From NCBI GenBank assembly GCA_030609765.1, contig JAUWTE010000001.1, positions 1 to 28,430 on the forward strand: DNA of 28,430 nt, written 5' to 3'. Of the stretch, positions 8,716 to 16,098 are shown one piece after another. Numbering within the stretch: position 1 is the stretch's first letter; every line of letters begins with the position of its first letter. Under the pieces are notes generated by a model, which ran no database searches, was not told where the DNA came from, and saw nothing but the letters and a program-made list of their open reading frames with translations. This DNA comes from Acidobacteriota bacterium. Lineage in GTDB: Bacteria > Acidobacteriota > UBA890. The translations under genes and the position numbers were made by a program.

Positions 8716-9444
8716 ATGGAGATCAAGATCGAGCATCGTCCTTCCTATGCACTGGGCGTCGTAGACCTTGCCGCCGGTGAGGAAATTCGCGCCGAGACCG
8801 GTGCCATGGTGTCGATGACGTCCAATATGGAAGTGGTTAGCAGCCTGCAAGGAGGCCTGCTGCAGTCTGCGATGCGCAAGGTGTTGGGTGGCGAGTCGTT
8901 CTTCCTGAACACCTTCACGGCGAGCGGCGCTCCGGGTCAAGTGACATTTGCTCCCAGCCTGCCCGGGGACATCATCGATGTGGAGGTGCGCGGCGACCTG
9001 TTCGTGCAGTCCGGGTCGTTTCTTGCCGGGGATGCCGATGTCGACATCGACATCAAGTGGGGTGGGGCCAAGACGTTCTTTTCGTCGGAGGGCCTCTTTC
9101 TGCTGCACCTCAAGGGGCAGGGGCAAGTGCTGCTTAGCTCCTTCGGGGCGATCCACCGCATTCCCCTCGACGGAAACAGCATGATTGTCGACACCGGCCA
9201 CGTCGTTGCGTTCGACTCCCAGCTCGAGTACCGGGTCAAGAAGGTCGCCGGCATGTTCACCTCATTGATCAGCGGTGAGGGGCTCGTGTGTGAGTTTTCG
9301 GGGAGGGGCGAGCTATGGCTGCAGACTCGCTCCAATCAAGCCTTCCTCGACTGGTTGCTGCCGAGGTTACCCACGGCGCACACGAGCTCGGGAGGCCGCG
9401 GGGACATCGGTGGCATCATCGGCAACGTGCTGCGCGGGGAGTAG
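8716..9444 (+). CDS. AIM24 / TIGR00266 family protein
   Basis: SD AAGGAG. Motifs EEIRAETGAMVSM, GGESFFLNTF, QSGSFLA, GEGLVCEFSGRGELWLQTR. Confidence 0.92.
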   Translation: MEIKIEHRPSYALGVVDLAAGEEIRAETGAMVSMTSNMEVVSSLQGGLLQSAMRKVLGGESFFLNTFTASGAPGQVTFAPSLPGDIIDVEVRGDLFVQSGSFLAGDADVDIDIKWGGAKTFFSSEGLFLLHLKGQGQVLLSSFGAIHRIPLDGNSMIVDTGHVVAFDSQLEYRVKKVAGMFTSLISGEGLVCEFSGRGELWLQTRSNQAFLDWLLPRLPTAHTSSGGRGDIGGIIGNVLRGE

Positions 9445-9449
9445 GTTCG

Positions 9450-9466
9450 CGCGGAGTAGCTCCGCG
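9450..9466 (+). terminator. Small GC hairpin after AIM24 gene
   Basis: CGCGGAG-TAG-CTCCGCG, 7-bp stem, no U-tract. Confidence 0.25.
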
Positions 9467-9481
9467 AGTAGAATTAGACGC

Positions 9482-10789
9482 ATGTCCGGAATGCGCACTC
9501 GGGTCCTTCGATGGGGCAGCGCCGCCGTTGTCCTCACGCTGGCCATCTCATGTGGCGGCGACGACAGTCCCACGAGTCCCGCCGGCCCCGGCACCGGGCA
9601 GACCTATGCGCTCAGCGGCGTCATCACGGGCAAGAGCTCGGGTGAGACGCTCCAGGGCGCCCACGTCGAGGTTGTCGACGGACGGCACGCCGGCAAGTCT
9701 GACGACACAGACAGCAGCGGCCGCTACAGCATCTCCGGCCTGAGTGGGGCATTGTCCGTGCGCGCCTCGAAGGAAGGCTACGAGACGTCGTCAGCCAAGA
9801 GCGCCAACATGACCGCCAACACCACTCTCGACATCTCTCTCAAGGACTTCAAGGGAGGCGCTAGAGGTATGGTGACCGACATCATCAGTGGCGCACCACT
9901 GGCCGGCATCGAGGTGTCGATACCCGACCAAGATACGGATACCACATCGGGTAGTGGCAATTTTTCCTTGGCTGTGGCGCAGGCCGGCGTCTTTCCTTTG
10001 CGTGCCGGCGGTGGCCTCTACCTCAGGCGCGAGACCCACGTTTCCGTCAGCAGCTTCTCCACGGTCGATCTGGATCTCATCCCCGACGGCATGGGTTTCG
10101 ACCTGAGCTTCTTCGATCACGTGTTCCGCTGGAAAGGGGCGAATCCCACCAGCAGGTGGACCGGCGAGCCGACCTTCGAGATCTGGACTCGAAAGTTCAG
10201 GTGTGAGGAGGGAGGCGAGAGTGAGTCTTGCCAGAGGCTGGTCGCTACCGACGATCTGGCGTCTGCCGCATTCATCAGCCTTGCGGAAAACGTCATCAAC
10301 AACGATCTCAGGCCACTCACGGGTGGCTTCGTGCGGGGTCGCGACGTGCGGCGAAAAGGCCACGATCCCGGCACGGTGGTAACGGCAGGCCAAATGCTCA
10401 GCCCCAATGTCATCGTCATCGCACTGGTGCAAAACAGCGGCACCCCGAAATCATGGGCTGGTTGGCAGACGACCGGCAACAATGGCATCTTCTCGGGCCG
10501 CGTGCAGATCAACACCAGGCACGAAAGCTCACGCTGCATCATGAGCCACGAGATCGCGCACACGCTCGGCTATCACCACCCCGACGGCCAGTACAGCGTG
10601 CCGAAACCGTCGGTGATGAGGTGCGATGGACCGACTGCCGATGATCGGTTGCACGGTCGCATCCTCTACCTACGCCCGCCGGGCAGCCGGACGCCCGATA
10701 AAGATCCTTCCTGGTTCACGGCCAACACATCCATGGTGACGGCCATGCGCGGACCGATCGGCGGCCTGACCACACACGAGGCGCACTAA
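9482..10789 (+). CDS. Putative lipoprotein: two carboxypeptidase-regulatory-like (Ig/Cna-B) domains plus metzincin zinc-metalloprotease domain
   Basis: Signal peptide ending LAISC|GGDDSPTSP. LSGVIT..GAHVEV..TDSSGRYSISGL repeat-domain pattern. HEIAHTLGYHH (HExxHxxGxxH) followed by SVM Met-turn. Start at 9482 or 9491. Confidence 0.8.
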   Translation: MSGMRTRVLRWGSAAVVLTLAISCGGDDSPTSPAGPGTGQTYALSGVITGKSSGETLQGAHVEVVDGRHAGKSDDTDSSGRYSISGLSGALSVRASKEGYETSSAKSANMTANTTLDISLKDFKGGARGMVTDIISGAPLAGIEVSIPDQDTDTTSGSGNFSLAVAQAGVFPLRAGGGLYLRRETHVSVSSFSTVDLDLIPDGMGFDLSFFDHVFRWKGANPTSRWTGEPTFEIWTRKFRCEEGGESESCQRLVATDDLASAAFISLAENVINNDLRPLTGGFVRGRDVRRKGHDPGTVVTAGQMLSPNVIVIALVQNSGTPKSWAGWQTTGNNGIFSGRVQINTRHESSRCIMSHEIAHTLGYHHPDGQYSVPKPSVMRCDGPTADDRLHGRILYLRPPGSRTPDKDPSWFTANTSMVTAMRGPIGGLTTHEAH

Positions 10790-10801
10790 CGGGAGGTACC
10801 A

Positions 10802-10963
10802 GTGGGAATACGAATCAGGCTTCCTGGAGTTGCTCTGGTAGTGGTCGGCATCGCCGGCATCCTGTTCCTGGTCTTCTACCGGCAACAGTGGAGCTGGGTG
10901 CAGATGGGGGTGCTGGCTGTAATTGTGGTGGTCGGCGTGCTCAGGAGCCTGAAGGGCGGCTAG
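10802..10963 (+). CDS. Small 53-aa two-TM membrane protein (not in ORF track): MGIRIRLPGVALVVVGIAGILFLVFYRQQWSWVQMGVLAVIVVVGVLRSLKGG
   Basis: SD GGGAGG at 10791-10796, GTG at 10802, TAG at 10961-10963. Two hydrophobic helices. Fills the intergenic gap exactly. Confidence 0.7.
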   Translation: MGIRIRLPGVALVVVGIAGILFLVFYRQQWSWVQMGVLAVIVVVGVLRSLKGG

Positions 10964-11934
10964 AGCGGCAGCATCGTTCCGATGCCGGCGTCGACGGCTG
11001 CCCGGTAGACCCTGATGGCCGTTGCCATATCAGCGAGCGCCAAGCCGAGGTTGCAGCAGATGATGCGCTCCTCGATGCTCTCCCGCCCGCTGCGAGTGCC
11101 GCAAACGATCTCGGGTAGGTCGGCGTGTAGCGGCGGGATGTTCTGGAAGTAGCCGGCCTGCTGGTAGAAGGAGAGCTGCTCCCGGCCGTCGGTGCAGAAC
11201 TTGTCGGCCTCGGCCAGCGCGGCGGGGTGCCAGTAGGAATCGAAATCCAGCGGGCAGGCGAAAGCGCCAGGCTCCATCCACCCGGTCGGAATCGTGGCGT
11301 GCGGCACCCGCAAAATAGGGCCGGCGGTGACCACGATGTCACATTCCCGCACGGCCTCCTGGGGACGGCCGACAACCGTCACGGCAATCCCGAGCTCGGC
11401 TCGCATTGCCTCGGCGTAGTCGGTCGCGACCTGTGAATCGACATCATAGGCGCGAATCTCCTCGATCGTGAACAACTCGGCGAGGGCGCGCGCATTGGTG
11501 CGGCCCTGCACGCCGCACCCCAGATGGCCCACGCGAGAGGACTCGGGTCGGGCCAAGTACTTGGCGGCGACGGCGGTGGCGGCGCCGGTGCGTGCGGCAG
11601 TGATCCAGGTGCAATCCATCACACAGAGGGGTATGCCGGTCTCGGGATCGTTCAGGATCAGCAGGCCGCTGATATAGGGCAGGCCCCGTTCCTTGTTCTG
11701 TGGGAAACCGCTCACCCATTTGACGCCGGCAGAGCCGATCGCCGGGATGAAGGCCGGCATGGCATGGATGAAGGAGTCGGGTAGGGGATGGATGCCCGGC
11801 TTGGGCGGCATCTCGACGCGCCGCTCGCCCTTCTCTCTCAGAGCGAGCTCCAGAGCCTCGACAATCTCGCTCATCGCCAGCCCGACGGCGCCGACGTCGC
11901 TCTGACTCAGGTAGAGGAGGTTGGTCTCGTACAT
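10960..11934 (-). CDS. Ornithine cyclodeaminase / mu-crystallin family protein (archaeal-type alanine dehydrogenase-like)
   Basis: EMPPK, AMPA, GVKWVSGFPQN, LNDPETGIP, ITAARTGAATAVAAKYLAR, Rossmann GHLGCGVQG, GLALAD. Confidence 0.9.
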   Translation of the reverse strand: MYETNLLYLSQSDVGAVGLAMSEIVEALELALREKGERRVEMPPKPGIHPLPDSFIHAMPAFIPAIGSAGVKWVSGFPQNKERGLPYISGLLILNDPETGIPLCVMDCTWITAARTGAATAVAAKYLARPESSRVGHLGCGVQGRTNARALAELFTIEEIRAYDVDSQVATDYAEAMRAELGIAVTVVGRPQEAVRECDIVVTAGPILRVPHATIPTGWMEPGAFACPLDFDSYWHPAALAEADKFCTDGREQLSFYQQAGYFQNIPPLHADLPEIVCGTRSGRESIEERIICCNLGLALADMATAIRVYRAAVDAGIGTMLPL

Positions 11935-14147
11935 GCCTGTACTCTGATCCTTCCCTCGCCCTCGCCGGTCACTCTGCCGACGATGGTCGCTTCCTCGACT
12001 CCGGCCTGCTGTAGGGCCGCCACCAGGCTCTCACCCCGTTCTTCGGGCAGGCTGATCAACAGCCCCCCTGAGGTTTGCGCGTCACACAGAAGGAGTCGTT
12101 CGACTTCGGAGATCTCCGCGCTCCAATCGACGCTGGGCGTCACGTGATCGAGGTTGTCGCGGGTGCCGCCCGGGACAATTCCAGCGGTGGCCCACTCGAG
12201 GGCCTCTTCGAGCATGGGCACGGATCCGGCCCATATCTCAACATCGACGCCGCTGGCGGTGGTCATCTCCATCAGGTGACCGAGAAAGCCGAAGCCGGTG
12301 ACGTCGGTGCAAGCGTTGACCGGGAAGCCGGCCATGGTCTCGGCCGCGTCCTTGTTGAGGCTGGCCATCACCGCGGTACTCCGCGCGATGCCCTCGGGGC
12401 TCGCGGCGCCACGCTTGGCGGCCGTCGACATGATGCCGACCCCGATCGGCTTGGTCAGCACCAACACGTCGCTAGGCTCACAGCCGCTGTTCGTGAGGAT
12501 CTCGGAGGGGTGCACGATGCCGGTCACCGCCATGCCGAACTTCGGCTCGGTGTCCTCTACAGAGTGTCCTCCGACGATCGGAATGCCGGCCTCGCTAGCC
12601 TTGTCGTTGGCACCGGCGAGGATCCGTTCGAGCACCTCGTCCGGCAGGCGACCCGTCGGGAACCCCACCAGATTGAGCGCGAAGAGAGGCTTGGCCCCCA
12701 TGGCGTAGACATCGCTCATTGCGTTGGCTGCGGCGATAGCGCCGAAATCGTAGGGGTCGTCGACGATCGGTGTGAAAAAGTCGACGGTCACCACGACGGC
12801 CAGATCGGGTGCTACCCAGTAGACGGCGGCGTCATCCGAGGTCTCCGTGCCCACCAGCAGGGCCGGGTCCTCGAGTTGCGGAATCTGGGCGAGGATCTTT
12901 TCTAGTGTCTGTGGACGGATCTTGCAGGCACAGCCGAGACCGTGCGTGAAGTGTGTCAGCTTGATCTCGCCTTCGGCGTACGCCGGCGCTACCTCGCCGT
13001 CACCAGCGGATGCTCCCCGCAGCCGCCCCACGACCCCACCGATGCTTTCAGCGGCCCGGTCGATCTCGTCGGCGGTGGTCTCGCGCCCGGTGCTCAGCCG
13101 AATCGTCCCCATGGCGACGTGCTCGGGGATGCCCATGGCCACGAGCACGGGTGAGACGTCGACCTGATCGGCGTGGCAGGCGGCGCCCGCCGATGCGGCA
13201 ACGTCGATGAGCTCATCCAGAACGGTGTTGGCTTCCACGCCGGGGAAGGAGACGCTCAGCGTGTTGGGTAGGCGCTCCTCGGGATGGCCGTTGACCACCA
13301 GGTCGGGGATACGCTCGGCGATCGCTGCCTGTAGCCGATCGCGCATTTCTTCCATGTGGCTTGAATTGCGGTGGAAATCTCGGGCCGCAATCTCGGCGGC
13401 CTTCCCCAGACCGACGATCTCCAAGACGTTCTCGGTTCCGGCGCGCCGGTTCTGCTCGTGATCAGCGCCATGAATGAGCTTGGCGAGCTCGGTGCCCCTG
13501 CGTTGGTAGAGCGCCCCGATTCCCTTGGGACCGTAGAGCTTGTGACCCGCCACCGAGAACAAATCGACGCCGAGCTCCCGGACATGAGTGGGGATCTTGC
13601 CCACTGATTGAGCTCCGTCGGAGTGCATGCGCACGCCGGCCGCCCGCGCAATCGCAGCGATTTCAGCTATGGGCTCGATCGTGCCGACCTCGTTGTTGGC
13701 GTGCATGATGGTCACCAGGATGGTGTCGCTGGTGATCGCTTTCTCTACATCGCCGGGGTCGACCCTGCCGGTGGAGTCGACGGGTAGCCAGGTGACGCGG
13801 TATCCCTCGCCCTCGAGAAAGCGACAGACTTCGGTGACGGCCGGGTGCTCCACCGTGGACGTGATGATGTGCCGGCCCTTGTCGCGGAGGGCAATCGCCG
13901 TTCCCTTGATGGCCGCGTTGTTGGACTCGCTGCCGCCGCTGGTGAAAACGATCTCGTCGCGCTGGCAACCGAGCAATGCGGCGATCTGACCGCGCGCCTT
14001 CTCTACGCCCCTGCGCGCCTCAATGCCAAAGCGGTGCGGGCTCGACGGGTTACCGAACGCCCCTTCCAGATAGGGCCGCATGGCGGCCACCACCTCGGGC
14101 GCGATCGGCGTCGTGGCGTTGTAATCGAGATAAATCGGCTCCGCCAT
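11907..14147 (-). CDS. selD: Fusion: PLP-dependent cysteine desulfurase/selenocysteine lyase (NifS/IscS-like) + selenide,water dikinase (SelD, Cys form)
   Basis: N-half: YLDYNATTP, FTSGGSES, EHPAV, NNEVGTI, GHKLYGPKG (PLP Lys), AGTEN, SAGAACH (catalytic Cys). C-half: HGLGCACK, DDAAVY, TVDFFTPIVDDP, ANAMSDVYAMG, GGHS, TDVTGFGFLGH, DAQTSGGLL. One uninterrupted ORF with SD GAGG. Confidence 0.95.
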   Translation of the reverse strand: MAEPIYLDYNATTPIAPEVVAAMRPYLEGAFGNPSSPHRFGIEARRGVEKARGQIAALLGCQRDEIVFTSGGSESNNAAIKGTAIALRDKGRHIITSTVEHPAVTEVCRFLEGEGYRVTWLPVDSTGRVDPGDVEKAITSDTILVTIMHANNEVGTIEPIAEIAAIARAAGVRMHSDGAQSVGKIPTHVRELGVDLFSVAGHKLYGPKGIGALYQRRGTELAKLIHGADHEQNRRAGTENVLEIVGLGKAAEIAARDFHRNSSHMEEMRDRLQAAIAERIPDLVVNGHPEERLPNTLSVSFPGVEANTVLDELIDVAASAGAACHADQVDVSPVLVAMGIPEHVAMGTIRLSTGRETTADEIDRAAESIGGVVGRLRGASAGDGEVAPAYAEGEIKLTHFTHGLGCACKIRPQTLEKILAQIPQLEDPALLVGTETSDDAAVYWVAPDLAVVVTVDFFTPIVDDPYDFGAIAAANAMSDVYAMGAKPLFALNLVGFPTGRLPDEVLERILAGANDKASEAGIPIVGGHSVEDTEPKFGMAVTGIVHPSEILTNSGCEPSDVLVLTKPIGVGIMSTAAKRGAASPEGIARSTAVMASLNKDAAETMAGFPVNACTDVTGFGFLGHLMEMTTASGVDVEIWAGSVPMLEEALEWATAGIVPGGTRDNLDHVTPSVDWSAEISEVERLLLCDAQTSGGLLISLPEERGESLVAALQQAGVEEATIVGRVTGEGEGRIRVQACTRPTSST

Positions 14148-14210
14148 TGCTAATGCCTCTTCAGTTCCGGCGCACTGAGAGAATGAATCAGACGATTGTT
14201 CACAGAGATT

Positions 14211-14386
14211 CTAGCCCGGATTTCTCAACGGGTGGCGTAGCGAGCGAGCGCGAGGGCGTGTGAGGACAAGGCGCGCGCCGATTCGGGCGCGGAGACGTAC
14301 TTGTTAGTACGTCGAGCACCCGAAGCAAGTGCAACGCAGTCATCGCGCGCCATCGCGCTCGCTCGAGACGTTCGGGCAAACGGCTA
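14211..14386 (-). repeat. Nested palindromic intergenic element B (REP/MITE-like or structured ncRNA)
   Basis: 13-bp perfect inverted repeat CGAGCGAGCGCGA/TCGCGCTCGCTCG (14241-14253/14353-14365). TTCGGGCGC/GCACCCGAA 8/9 (14282-14290/14316-14324). Apical GACGTAC-N6-GTACGTC (14294-14313). Termini TAGCC/GGCTA. Confidence 0.7.
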
Positions 14387-15232
14387 ACTGGCGTCCTCCA
14401 CCGTGAACGGCGGTGCCTCGGGGATGTCGTCGCGACGGCCAAGCCGCTTCTCCGCCGGCAACAGCCCCGCGGGCTTACGCTTGCTGGCCTTGCTGAGGCG
14501 CAGGTAGTCGAGCACCAACTCACGCTTCATGAGCTGGATGGCACGGGCCGGATCGACGCCCTTCGGGCAGACGGTCGAACACTCACCTGCGTAGTGACAG
14601 CGCCAAGGTCCGACACCACCACTGCCGAGGAGCGTCTTGCGCTCCTTGAAGGCGTCATCGCGTGAGTCGATCAGGTAGCGATATGCCTGCGACAGGGGCT
14701 GCGGTCCTGAGAACGTCGCATCGGTCGCGAACGTCGGACAGGCGGCCATGCAGCAACCGCACTTGATGCAGTAGGAGAACTGCAGAAACTGATCGAGCTC
14801 TTCCGGCGATTGCCAGTACTGGTCGGTCGGCTCGAGCATCTCCTCCTGATCGTCACGCTTGATGTGGGGCATCAGGTGGGTGTGCTTGTCGAACATCGGC
14901 GCCAGGTCGGGCACCAGGTCACGAATGATGTCGAAGTTCGGCAGCGGTGCCAGCATCAGGACGCCGGTGGCCACGTCCCGAATTTGAGTGTTGCACGCCA
15001 GCGTGGGACTGCCGTTGACCAGCATGCCGCACGACCCGCACACGCCCATGCGGCACGACGAGCGCCACGACAGGCTGGAGTCCATGTTCTCTTTGATGTA
15101 CCAGAGGCCCTCGAGAATGGTCCATCCGGGCTTAACGGGGACCTTGAAATCCTGATAGTGGGGCGAGTCATCCTTGACCGGATCGAAGCGCCGAACTCGG
15201 AAGACGAAATCTTTTACGCCGTTGTCGCTCAT
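14384..15232 (-). CDS. sdhB: Succinate dehydrogenase/fumarate reductase iron-sulfur subunit
   Basis: SCRMGVCGSC..C [2Fe-2S], CIKCGCCMAAC [4Fe-4S], CHYAGECSTVCPKG [3Fe-4S]. SD GAGGA. Confidence 0.95.
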   Translation of the reverse strand: MSDNGVKDFVFRVRRFDPVKDDSPHYQDFKVPVKPGWTILEGLWYIKENMDSSLSWRSSCRMGVCGSCGMLVNGSPTLACNTQIRDVATGVLMLAPLPNFDIIRDLVPDLAPMFDKHTHLMPHIKRDDQEEMLEPTDQYWQSPEELDQFLQFSYCIKCGCCMAACPTFATDATFSGPQPLSQAYRYLIDSRDDAFKERKTLLGSGGVGPWRCHYAGECSTVCPKGVDPARAIQLMKRELVLDYLRLSKASKRKPAGLLPAEKRLGRRDDIPEAPPFTVEDAS

Positions 15233-15241
15233 GACGTCCTC

Positions 15242-15634
15242 CTATCCCGACACCGACAGCGCCATGGTTCGCGCCGCCACCGCCGACCACGCTCCGAAAA
15301 CGAACAGGCCGAGGCCGAGCAGCAGGAGCACAACGCTGATCAGTTTCTTGAGCCCCGGGGCGGGGTTGAGCTCGAACAGTATGTTTTTGAGCCCGTAGAG
15401 GCCGTGGAACAGCCCGAATCCCACCAGAAATATGTAGCCGGCAACCTGGGAAACCTCGCGGCCTCGTGCCACGACATTGGCCCAGTCCAGCGGGTTGTCT
15501 CCCGCCGGGTTAAGGCGCTCGAGCGGCATCACGCCGCTCATATGCATGGCCAGCATGTGGATTCCCAGCAGCACCAGGATGATCACCCCGGAGGCCATGT
15601 GCCAGGTCCAAAGCTTCGTGTCCTTCATGCTCAT
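15242..15634 (-). CDS. sdhD: Succinate dehydrogenase membrane anchor subunit D
   Basis: SD AGGAG 7 nt before ATG at 15634. Three TM helices with His in WHMASG, IHMLAMH, FHGLYG. Confidence 0.85.
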   Translation of the reverse strand: MSMKDTKLWTWHMASGVIILVLLGIHMLAMHMSGVMPLERLNPAGDNPLDWANVVARGREVSQVAGYIFLVGFGLFHGLYGLKNILFELNPAPGLKKLISVVLLLLGLGLFVFGAWSAVAARTMALSVSG

Positions 15635-15644
15635 GGCAGTTCTC

Positions 15645-16088
15645 CTAGTGGGCGACGAGGACGAAGAAATCGTAGCCGCCAAGGACAATCAATATGGCGG
15701 CTAGAATCATCATCACAATCATGAATGGGCGCTGCACGTTGACCGAGCTGCGGTACGGAAAGACTGGATCCTCCGCCTTGCCGGTCAGAATGCCGAGCTC
15801 GACAAGCACCAGTCGCACGCCGTTCAGCGCGTGGAAGACGAACGCCACGAACACGAGGAATTCGCCGACCAGGAAGACCGGACCGCTGACGCGACCCATG
15901 GCCCATTCCCACTGCTCCTGGCCGAAGGCGCGGCTGGAGACAACGACGATGTGCATCAGGAGGTAGAGCAGCAAGCCCAGGCCGGTGACTCGGTGCAGGA
16001 AGTAGAGGTACCTTTCGGGCCCCCACTTGCCGCCGACGAGCCAGCCCTTGATGCCCAGGCGGTTGGGATATCTCTTGACTTCGGGCAT
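15645..16088 (-). CDS. sdhC: Succinate dehydrogenase cytochrome b subunit C
   Basis: SD GGAGG. Motifs LHRVTG, LMHI, FHALNGVRLVLVE. Three TM helices. Confidence 0.88.
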   Translation of the reverse strand: MPEVKRYPNRLGIKGWLVGGKWGPERYLYFLHRVTGLGLLLYLLMHIVVVSSRAFGQEQWEWAMGRVSGPVFLVGEFLVFVAFVFHALNGVRLVLVELGILTGKAEDPVFPYRSSVNVQRPFMIVMMILAAILIVLGGYDFFVLVAH

Positions 16089-16098
16089 CGATTCCTCC

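Noticed and set aside
10670-10885. 71-aa minus-strand ORF
   Set aside because: Antisense to the protease end and to the better-supported 53-aa + ORF.
12921-12940. Selenocysteine (UGA) in SelD or other genes
   Set aside because: The active-site codon is TGT (Cys). No in-frame TGA read-through or SECIS-like stem was needed to explain any gene.
14148-14383. tRNA-Sec (selC) or self-cleaving ribozyme next to selD
   Set aside because: No cloverleaf with UCA anticodon or T-loop, and no CUGAUGA/GAAA hammerhead core seen.
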